Assembly: GCA_009103225.1 (NCBI GenBank)
Contig: RHPI01002533.1
Span: 1,369,186-1,433,185, forward strand
Reading direction: 5' to 3'
DNA: 64,000 bases
From: Chlorokybus atmophyticus
Lineage: Eukaryota > Plantae > Mesostigma and Chlorokybus algae
How positions within the stretch are numbered: the first letter of the stretch is position 1; every line of letters begins with the position of its first letter. Positions 24,144-33,738 of this stretch are shown here, piece after piece. Under the pieces are notes generated by a model that was not told where the DNA came from, did no database searches, and saw only the letters and a program-made list of their open reading frames with translations. The translations under genes and the position numbers were made by a program.

Positions 24144-24810
24144 TTTGCATCAGTAAAACGATACGAGCTATGCTATTTCATATAATTGTTTGTGTGCATC
24201 GCAATATGACGATCTATATAATTGTACATAAGGCTGTAGGACAAGTGCACGCGACCGGTCTTAAGTGTGGAGAGACAGGTTGCAAGGATGCCCACAAGAG
24301 ACCACAATACATTACTTGTATCCGACAACCCACTTTGTGGTGTGTCTTGCATGCTGCATTTTAAGATATCTTCGCCGGCTAGTAGATGATCTCAAGCAAT
24401 GCATGCTTAAACGACACTGCTTTTAGGAGTGGTGTGCGTTGAGGCAAAGGGAGACGCGCACACGATTTTGGCCCATACCCACAACCGATCATTGCGCAAA
24501 GTTTTTACTGTGGCGAAAAAGTAATACGCTACCCGACCGCCATCAGATGAAACCGGTGCGTTTAACTTACGATATCCATACTCGCATCCAATTCGTCAAC
24601 AATTGACCTACGTTTATTGCAGCATTAAGTATCATGCACAGTGTGCATGTAGTTGATGATGTGTACGTCCGCAATTGACCGTGCAAACGATGAAAGCCAA
24701 CATTGCCGCGCTACGAGATGCCAAGTTGAGGTTAAAAATCAAGTTTTATCTCAATCTAGGACCACAGTTGCACAGCTACGACGTCATCCATAACATGAAC
24801 CGCACAATCC

Positions 24811-25323
24811 TTGAGGGAGATAAAGAGCGGCGCAAAGAGTGATTATATGTTGATCATGTCACCTCACAACTGTGGCATACATGTTATGACACATATGCAA
24901 ACCAACACACATGCACTGTGTGCACCAGCATTGGACGAGGTGTGCACGCAGTTCCACCATGTGGAAGTGGCCAACAAGCATAGTTGGAAAGTGGTGGAGG
25001 AGCTCACGAGAGACCCTCTAGCTACGGACGATGCAGAGGCAAAGCGCCGTAAGAAGGCAATCAAGGAGGCAGCTACGGCGCAGCCCAAGCCCAAGGCGAA
25101 GGCGGCCTACACTCCCAACAAGGGGCGGGGCCAGTACCCCCCCGGCTACTCTGGATCTTATGCATCTGGTGCGGGGCATACCAGTTACAAGACCGCGCCT
25201 ATGCAGTCTCAGGCCGCATCTACGGGGGGCCAGCGCGATGCCCGCACCTGTTATAATTGTAAGGAGACAGGGCACTTGCGTGCCTATTGCCGTAAGCCCT
25301 CCGCAGGGCGTGGCGGCCACTGA
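24811..25323 (+). CDS. DIRS gag-like ORF1 with CCHC knuckle (5' end uncertain)
   Basis: CYNCKETGHLRAYC. A diverged homolog lies on the minus strand at 29127-29580. Confidence 0.7.
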   Translation: MREIKSGAKSDYMLIMSPHNCGIHVMTHMQTNTHALCAPALDEVCTQFHHVEVANKHSWKVVEELTRDPLATDDAEAKRRKKAIKEAATAQPKPKAKAAYTPNKGRGQYPPGYSGSYASGAGHTSYKTAPMQSQAASTGGQRDARTCYNCKETGHLRAYCRKPSAGRGGH

Positions 25324-25815
25324 TTTGGTAGCGCAGCTCTGTAGCTGTTGAGACAGCCTAGTAGCTGTACACTTGCACTGTTCATGCTATAGCCCGATGG
25401 GGCACCTTTTTGTGTTTGCAACTGCTGCTTTAATGAGTCAAATTGCGAGCTGGATGACTGAAAGTGTTGGATTTGTGATCCACTATTGATAACATCGCTG
25501 ACTTGCTTGTAACTTTTACTGGGGGTCTCACCACCCCCCCCCCCCCAAATGGAACTGACACGTTATGACCATTACAATGAGGCCAGTAGCGTTGTGCTGA
25601 ACAAAACAGAACCCAATTTGGACACTGTTTGCATGAGTTGTGGCCATTTTACGATCGTTGTGCCGTTGAGGCTCTGGCCGAGCTCCGTTGTAGAGGACAC
25701 TTCGTGGTCGTGTGCAGTAGCCTACACTAGCACAGAGGAGGACCTTGTTCACGACTGGATGAAGCATAATTAGTTTGCTCGCGTCCCTGCCAACCTCATC
25801 GTTGAAGGGCCTTAC

Positions 25816-27714
25816 ATGCGTCACCAACTGCGTGATGCCCTGCCAGCATGGTGTGAATTTCGCGAGTCTACTATGGTGCTCTCGTGGGTGGAGTACGGGT
25901 ACAAGCTACCATGGGCGGCTGACCCACCCCCCCAATGGGCATTCACCAACCACAAGGGTGTGCATGAGTTTTCGGACTTCACCGCGGTTGCCATCGCCAA
26001 CCTATTGCATAGTGGGGCCGCACAAGAGTGTGTGACACCCCCCCTCTTGGTGAGCCCACTCAACGTGGTCGATGAGGTCCGCAAGTTGCGCCTCATCATG
26101 GACTTGCGCTATGTCAACTCCTATATGGTGAACACGCCATTCAAGCATGAGAAGGTACGCAGCATCCCGGACTTGCTGCAACCTGAGGACTGGTTGTTCT
26201 CTACGGACTTGAAGTCCGGCTATAATCATGTGGACATCCACCCCGCCTTTTGGGGCTACTCGGGGTTCTCGTTTGCGAGCAAGGTGTTCAACTTTTGCTC
26301 GTTGCCATTTGGGTTGATGGGTGATGGGTTGAGCACGGCTTGCTTCGTGTTCATAAAAATTATGAAGCAATTGGTGCGCCGTTGGCGTGTGCAGGGCATT
26401 CGCGTATTGCCATATATCGACAACTTCCTATTTGGTGCTCGCTCCAAGGCAGAGCATGCCTCCACCTTGTCCATTGTGCAAGCAGATGCAGTTTGGTGCG
26501 GGCTGGTGATTAATACAAAGGCGCAGAACGTGCTAAGTGGAGTCATCATCTTCCTCGGCTTCGTGTGGGATACACACGCTGGCACTGTTCGTATCCCCGG
26601 CAAGAAGTGCGATGGTTTGCTTAGAGACTTGCAACGCGCATTTGGTGACAGGCGCCATGTACCAGTGAAGTTGCTGGCCCGCATCTGCGGCAAGCTGCAA
26701 TCTAAGTTCATGGTGTTGGGCCCTGCTGTCAAACTTATGACTTGGCATACACGCCGCCTAATTGAGACCCGCCGCTCATGGAGCTCTCACATGGTGCTAC
26801 GCCACCCTGAGATCACGGAGTTATCGTGGCTGAGAGACCACTTTGAGGAGCTAATCATGGCACCCATGTGGCCTACCGTGCAGCCGGACATAGTGCAATT
26901 TGTGGATGCTAGCGGCACTGGTTGGGGACTAATGCGCCATGGCATAGCTTACCCCGTGGCGAAGGGCACATTCACACTTGATGAGTGCTTGACTTCATTA
27001 ACACATCGCGAGTTATTGGGACTTGAGCGTGCCTTGCTCACTGTCGAGGAGGAGCTACATGGACACACAGTGCTGTGCTATGGCGATGCCCGCAATGTGT
27101 ACTACATTATGCGCAATGGGGGCAGTGAGGCCGAACACTTGCAGCAAGTGGCATGCCGTGTTTTCTTACATTGCCACCGGCATTGCATTTGCTTGCATGT
27201 GAAGTGGTTACCACGTGAACTCAATGAGAAGGCGGACGCGCTCTCCAAAGCACCAGATTGGAATGGGTGGACCTTGCAAACCCCATGGGTTCGCTTGCTC
27301 GCTCGCAAGTGGGGCCCCTTTGATGTGGACCGCTTTGCCACGGATGCCAACACAGTGTATGTGGCCTTCAACTCGGTGTTACCATGTACGGGCTCATCCG
27401 GCAATGCCTTTCATTGTAGCTGGAGTGGTTGCAACAACTGGTGCCATCCCCCACCACACCGGGTTGGCATTGTTCTGCGTCATGCCCGCGAATGCAAGGC
27501 TCGCATGTGCCTTATTGTACCTGAATGGACAACCCAAACTTGGTGGCCCGTGCTCTGCCCTGGCGGCGTGTGGGCACCATTTGTCACAGCCGTTGAGAGC
27601 CTTCCCGGAGGCCCAGCTTGCTCGTGGCCCAGCCCGCAAATCACAGAACTTCACGGGGGCTTGCCCAACAGTCGTATGTGGGCATTGCGAATTGACTTGC
27701 GTCCTGGCCATTGA
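25816..27714 (+). CDS. DIRS RT - RNase H - DNA N6-adenine methyltransferase-like ORF (RT motif YIDN, likely inactive)
   Basis: KLRLIMDLRYVN, DLKSGYNHV, LPFGL and PYIDNFL. FVDASGTGWG and WLPRELNEKADALSK. WGPFDVDRFAT..NNWCHPP..LIVPEWTTQTWW. Confidence 0.92.
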   Translation: MRHQLRDALPAWCEFRESTMVLSWVEYGYKLPWAADPPPQWAFTNHKGVHEFSDFTAVAIANLLHSGAAQECVTPPLLVSPLNVVDEVRKLRLIMDLRYVNSYMVNTPFKHEKVRSIPDLLQPEDWLFSTDLKSGYNHVDIHPAFWGYSGFSFASKVFNFCSLPFGLMGDGLSTACFVFIKIMKQLVRRWRVQGIRVLPYIDNFLFGARSKAEHASTLSIVQADAVWCGLVINTKAQNVLSGVIIFLGFVWDTHAGTVRIPGKKCDGLLRDLQRAFGDRRHVPVKLLARICGKLQSKFMVLGPAVKLMTWHTRRLIETRRSWSSHMVLRHPEITELSWLRDHFEELIMAPMWPTVQPDIVQFVDASGTGWGLMRHGIAYPVAKGTFTLDECLTSLTHRELLGLERALLTVEEELHGHTVLCYGDARNVYYIMRNGGSEAEHLQQVACRVFLHCHRHCICLHVKWLPRELNEKADALSKAPDWNGWTLQTPWVRLLARKWGPFDVDRFATDANTVYVAFNSVLPCTGSSGNAFHCSWSGCNNWCHPPPHRVGIVLRHARECKARMCLIVPEWTTQTWWPVLCPGGVWAPFVTAVESLPGGPACSWPSPQITELHGGLPNSRMWALRIDLRPGH

Positions 27715-27717
27715 CAC

Positions 27718-28365
27718 GTGCTGTATACAGCTGCTATTGAGCGAAGCTTACAATCGCTCATGCCCAACGTCCCCGGATACTACGAAATGGAGCGCCTGCG
27801 CACCTTACACCCAGCAGTGGCAACGGCGTCACGTGCTACTAGCACCCTGCGGGGCTATGAGGGCTACTGGCGTCGCTTTGTGGAGTTCTGCACGCCTCGT
27901 GGTTGGGCTGCCCTGGCAGCAGACCCAGGCATAGTGGCCCTGTTCTTGACTAAGATGTTGGTGGATTCAACCACCCCGGCACCTGTGAAACATGCCTCTT
28001 CGGCCATACATGCTGCGCATGCCATGGCAGGCCAGGCCTCTCCCACTGCGCATGCACTCGTTGCCGTGGTTCGTGAGGCCGCTGCCAGGCTGCTACGCTT
28101 GAACACACGGAAGAAGGACGCTTACATGCCTGAGCTCTTGCGAGCCATGGTCTCGCACTTTGCTCGTGATGGGTGGGATTTGGTGGCCAGGTTGCAAACA
28201 GTGACGGTGTTATTGAGATTTGCGGGTATGATGCGGTATTTTTACCTGGCGGAGGTAAACGCGCAGGACATTATTTTCGCCCAGGCCTTATGGATTTCAT
28301 CATCCCGCGCAGCAAAACCGATCAACGTGGTGTGGGCGCCACAATGCACATAGCGTTACAACACA
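27718..28365 (+). pseudogene. DIRS tyrosine recombinase, frameshifted near 28280 and truncated before the HxxR/Y residues
   Basis: STLRGYEGYWRRFVEFC (SAM-like N-terminus) and LLRFAGMMR. After the frameshift, IIPRSKTDQRGVG. Confidence 0.85.
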
Positions 28366-28550
28366 AATATACAAGTGTATAGATACAGGCTGATCTATAC
28401 ACAAGTCCGCACTAGGGCGCTAGGCTACAACTATGGGAACTACTTCTTCACATCAGGTGCGAAAGTCATGTGCTTTTTTGGTCTTTGACTTGATGATGGC
28501 GCAATGGCTGCTCACGCAGAGGTCGAAGCCTGAGAAGCCTGTACACCTGC

Positions 28551-28764
28551 AAAGTAAACCACACTCGCCACCCACGCCAAGGACGGCGCCGTCGTGCTAG
28601 GGTTTCAAGCGACTAGATTCGTCGTGGGTCACAAGCTCCTTAGCTTGTGACTCACAACTTACTCCAGTTGTGCCCCCAAGTGCCTAGGGCACTAGGGGCA
28701 CAAGAGTCTCATAACTTATTAACGAGTTCTTGAGTTCATGGGCGCGCATTTCATGCGCTTCATG
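28551..28764 (+). repeat. About 210-bp structured dispersed repeat, copy 1 (copy 2 at 42907-43106)
   Basis: Both copies start aaagtaaaccacact. They share tgctagggtttcaagcgact, tgtgcccccaagtgcctagggca(c/t)taggggcaca and gcgcatttcatgcgc. Confidence 0.88.
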
Positions 28765-29126
28765 AACTTATATTACCTTTACAAACATATAACCGCTGAC
28801 TTGCTTTACCTTAATCCCAATTTATTGGGCATGCACATGCATGTGCGCACTTGCACACATGTGCAACCATGCACAACTTGCGGTGCCACCCACTTTATTT
28901 GCAGGCTATACTTATTTACACTATCGCACACGCGATAGCACCCACATATGTAACTTATATAGCTGCTACACACATGCGCTGCAACAAGCACAATAGTATA
29001 ACGATCGCATGTGTCACTATGTATGCTTGATATGGTAATGGTTTAAGTGTTGATGCTTTAAGTGTGCGGTGCCATCCATGGCATAATGGCATAGCAAAGG
29101 CTCACGGCAATAGGCACGCAGGTGGC

Positions 29127-29580
29127 TTAGCTTCCCACAGTTGTAGCAGGTGCGGACATCCCACTAGCCCCTAGTTGAAGCTGCATGAGATTGCATAGGA
29201 GCGGTCTTGTACCTGGTCTGCCCAGCGCCAGCTGCATGGGACCCAGAGTAGCGGGGGGGTACTGGCCCCGCCCTTTGTTGGGATGGTAGGCAGGCTTGGC
29301 CTTGGGCTTGGGCTGCGCCGCAGCCACATTCTTCAACGCCTTCTTCAGGCGCTTAGCCTCATCATCATCCACAACGGGGGGGGCAATAGCTGGCANNNNN
29401 NNNNNNNNNNNNNNNNNNNNNNNNNNGGGGGGGGGGGGGGGGGGGGGGGGGGCGCACCAGCTCGTCCACGACCTTTCAATCATGCTTATTGGCCACTATC
29501 ACATAGTGGAATTGCTTACACACCTCATCCAATGCTGCGCACAGAGAATACATGAGCAACACGTGCTGTATGCTCATACA
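29127..29580 (-). pseudogene. Second, diverged DIRS gag copy in opposite orientation, spanning an N gap and G run
   Basis: DDDEAKRLKKALKNVAAAQPKPKAKPAYHPNKGRGQYPP is homologous to 24811-25323. Confidence 0.85.
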
Positions 29581-29807
29581 GGCTCAAAGCCACCGGGTCT
29601 AGCGCCAAGCGCACCCCCAATCCATTCCCGTACCTATCATATGCATATACGCATGCAAATGCAAACGTGGTGCCTTGTCGTGCTCGTTCCCTTGCTGTGG
29701 GGTAGTCATAATGTGAATTCAGAGGTGAAGATACAATTGTGTTAAGTGCGGGCCCCTCCCCCTCCCTCCGGATATGGGGGGAGGAGGGATGCGGAACATA
29801 TGTAGCT

Positions 29808-31256
29808 TGTTAAATGTTATAGGTTACAGAGAGTACATGTATAGGCGCCTACATGTAGTTGGTACGATCAGCTTAACCTTTATCGTTGCGGGAGTTACGA
29901 GAGTTACGGGAGTTACGGCAGTTATGGTCGACCATGGTCAACTTTGACGCTGACCATTAATTTTGACCATTATTAGTGTTGACTAGTGTTGACTTTGACC
30001 ATAGTGAACTAGAGTTGATTAGTGCTTAGAAGCATAATATATAAGACACTGTATACTGCTTAATACAACGGTCGCACATTGTCTCTATAATTGGCGTGCT
30101 TGCTGCACTTGTCCTTAGTGTGTGCACACTTGTATATAAGAGGCAAATACACACACACTAGGCGCATCATTAATTCTCAACAGGTTATGGGCCCACACTC
30201 GCTTGTGTGATTGCTTGTGCTAGTCAGAGAGAGTGTTGAGCATAGGCGCCTACTAGTATAGTGTTCTTGCGGAGAGGGTGAGTTGTACTATTGTATAGCA
30301 AGCAATGATTGACATAGATAGGATGCCCATTGAGTCCCTTGATCTGCACAACTACGCTTCATGGTCGCTGAAGATGAAATTGGTGCTGATTCGCCAGAAG
30401 CTCTGTAGTTTTGTCGACCCCACCTCCTCTACATCATTGCGGCCAAGAACAGGTGACACTGCTAAGTAGACAGAGAACTCACAATCAACTTTTGCGCTGA
30501 CATGCCTGCACGTCAAAGACCATTTAATCTCCCTTTTATTGCGGATTGCAAAACTAGACGTGAGGCGTGGGAGGTCTTTGACATCCTCGTTAAGGCTAAC
30601 GGTAACTCGCGCAAATTGCAACTGAGATGCAAGCTGAACTGTTTCAAGATCGAGCACAAGGAGCCAGTCCATAAGTACATCTCGCGTGCAATAGTTGCTG
30701 GTGTTGAGCTGCATACATTAGAAATTGCATTGCTGTGGAGTTGTTTATGGTAGCACATAGGTGTGCGGTACTAGTTAGGGCACTTTATTTCATTGGCATG
30801 CAATGACTGAGTTGTATAGCTAGCTAACATGAACTGGGAGGGGTGCTTCCCTTAGTAGAAGGGTCTAATCAACCCTTGCACGGCATACACTCTGGTATAG
30901 CATTGTTAAGGTAGAGAACTCAGTGTAGTTTATAGCATGGTTCGCCATCGAAGGAGTCTTCGAAACCACATGAGCAAGGGCAGGCGTGGCGTGGTACAAC
31001 ATGATGCGACAACTATGAGGAGGAAACAATGAATATTGAAACTTTATAGTCCTGCTGACAGCACGAGGACAAGGATGGTGTCATGGTGACAAGCATCAGG
31101 ATTGTGGGAGCAACACATTTATGGGAGTGTTGAATGGGATAAGTGAATGTGGGTAAGCTTGCAAGAAAAACTTGGAATTCAAGGTCGAGCTGCTCATGTG
31201 GGAGTGTTAATGGTTACAGGTTGTTGAACGTACATGTATAGGCGGCGCCTATATGT
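29808..31256 (+). mobile_element. Copia family 1 copy with gag internally deleted; 3' LTR cut after about 50 bp
   Basis: LTR 29808-30182, PBS 30183-30195, decayed gag start joined at about 30690 to the family 1 3' region, PPT, and LTR start at 31205. Confidence 0.88.
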
Positions 31257-32006
31257 AGTACGGATGTTGATCTTCGGAGTGCATTGAACTTGCTCTCTAG
31301 AGGTTGTGGCTTGATATGACTGCATCACCTCGCCGCCCCGATTGCCAAGACACATCTACACGTGAGAGAATGCAGCGTATGCACACGGGCATTGCTTGTC
31401 ATTTGATGTGATTGTGGTTGCGTGGGTGCACGTTGTGTAGTCCGCATCAGAGTGTGGTATCTACATGTTGCCGCATTCATACACCTCACTTAACAGTGGA
31501 GTTATATTCACCTCATGCAAGGAACTGCATAAGCAGCACTACCTGTAGTGGCTTGTTGACTTACAGTGTCATCCTCCTTGTACAAGTGAGTGTCGTGCAT
31601 CAGCGTGGGTTGCATCTTGGCAACAATGGTGGTTGCATCAGTGTCGTGTTATCATTGTCAGCACATAGTGCATGTCCAAGCACTAGTGTGCTGAGTGGTA
31701 GCGTTGGGGAGCACCGATAAAGTACACACACTCTGCCTCACTCTCTTCGTCGCTCACGTGCAAACTGCATAAGTGAGTCCCCAGCAGTCAGAAAGTCCAC
31801 CCATCCATACGAGCTCCCCTGTTACGGAGGAGACCACCAGCAACATCGACAGCTGGTTGGGCTCAAACCTATCTTACGGGCGCTACGGCGAAGGAGAGGG
31901 CGACAACAGCATCGACAGCCCTCAGTCTTCCCCAAAATCCCGTTCCAAACATACTCAGTCTCGTCATTGAGTTGAAAGCTTCATCGATCAGCTCGACAGC
32001 GACAAC

Positions 32007-33121
32007 ATGGAGGCATCCGACTCCACTCATGGTCTTACTTTCTCCGGACGTCCTGGCACAACACCCCTGGACGAATGGAGCATCAAGTTCGACTCCAGGA
32101 CGAACTACCATGCGATCAAGACTCCAAAGTGGTCAGATGTTATGTCTTTTCGCACGGCTGCAACCTGCTTAGACCACGAGGCACATGAGGTGTGTATGTT
32201 AGTTGCTGCACAGCATGAGATTGGAGGGTACGGAGTTCTGGCAGGCACCGGAGCTCTGCCCATGGAGACATCAACTCCTGGTGTCCCTGTCACGCCTATT
32301 GTTCCAGTTGCCCCACTGCAAGGCCCTACTCTTACTGAAGCTCTTGCCGCAGCATAGTTGACAGCTGAAGCAGACATATCAGCAGTTGATCCTGCATTGG
32401 TCGACCGCGAGTTGGCGGCAGCGCAGCAAGCACGCCGTTCTCAGGTGCAACTTTTGGCTTTCAGACCAATGGTGGAGCAACAAACTGCACTCGAGGAGGC
32501 ACAAGCACGACAACGTGCCCCCGTACCTGATACTCCATTTCAGACAAGGACTCAGGAGATCCGAGACACAGCTGCCGGCAGTACTCTGTCGTCAGGCTCG
32601 ATCAGCATGCGAGAACCCGCGCTCACCGTCAGGGTGGAGCGCACGTTGTCACCGTTACAGGACTTGTACCTGGCGCTCCGGCGCACATTTCCACCACAAA
32701 CCAATCGGAAGGTGGAGGAGTTGCGTCAACTCAGGCGCAAAGCAGGGGAGGACCCTCTGCGCACTTACACGCGGATTGTCAAGCTGCTGAAGGACACCAA
32801 CTATAGAATCCTCAGCGACGAAGCTGCCGCTGTAGTGTTTGTCAGCCAACTAGTGCTTCCATTGCACAGGACGGTGGACAACGCTCTCAACAATACCCGA
32901 CCCCAAGGGTATTCGCTGCTTCAGGCCTTTGAAACAACCCAGGCCATCCATGACCGCCAGGTGTGGATGAGAGCAGTGTTGGATATGAACTCTGGTCCTT
33001 CACGTCCTCCTGCTCCTGCATTAGACCCCAGACGACGTGACCGCAAGTCTTACACCACCAGCATACCCAAACCTCCTGCGAAGTCAGCTCACGCTGCACT
33101 CCCTGACCATGTTGTTTGCCA

Positions 33122-33158
<37 letters not shown>

Positions 33159-33738
33159 TGGTATGGTGTGGTGTGGTGGTGGTGGTGAAGACGTCACGGC
33201 CACAACCAGAAAGACTGCACAGAGGAGTACGCTAACCTGGTGTGCGACCACTGCCACAAGAACGGACACTTGGAGGCAGTCTGCTACGCCAAGCACCCTG
33301 AGCTAAGACCCTCAGACAGCTACGAGGGCAGCGGCGATAACAACAACAACGGCAACAAGGGCAAGGAGCCAGCCAACAACGACTATCGGGGGAAGAACAA
33401 CCCTCCAAAACAAAAACAGAACCACCAAGGTGGACCCAAGGCAGGCAACGCCGCCCACAAGGCGCCTGTCGCAGAGGACACAGAGGTGGTTGCTGCCCTC
33501 ACAGTACGAATGGATGAGCTTCACAAGATGCTGAAGGGCAAGGAGAATGAATATCGCGCGTGCTACACGGTGCGCTTGGCAGCAATGACAGCCAAGCGTA
33601 AGGCAGTTGCCACGCCCACACGCATACAGCCACCACGGCGAGCCCGAGGAGACGCCGAAGTATCCGCCACAGGGGGAGCAGCTGGGTCTGCTAGTCAAGT
33701 GGCAACAACAGCAGCGACCACCGCATCATCGTCACCAG
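32007..33738 (+). pseudogene. gag: Gypsy gag with two CCHC knuckles (TAG at 32355; first knuckle split by a GT microsatellite)
   Basis: ORFs 32007-32357 and 32358-33188 are in frame. CHKC[GT repeat]RHGHNQKDC and CDHCHKNGHLEAVC are present. Confidence 0.8.

Larger units (their letters stand above)
24811..28365 (+). mobile_element. DIRS-order tyrosine-recombinase retrotransposon, 3'-truncated
   Basis: gag-like ORF with CCHC, followed by an RT-RNase H-methyltransferase ORF, followed by a YR ORF. No integrase is present. Confidence 0.93.

Noticed and set aside
25549-25773. Possible PHD finger ahead of the DIRS RT (CMSCGH...WSC)
   Set aside because: It is in frame with the RT ORF, but only a minority of the ligands are present, so it cannot be supported without an intact copy.
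29396-29451. N run and poly-G tract as a biological feature
   Set aside because: Assembly gap; length and content are unreliable.
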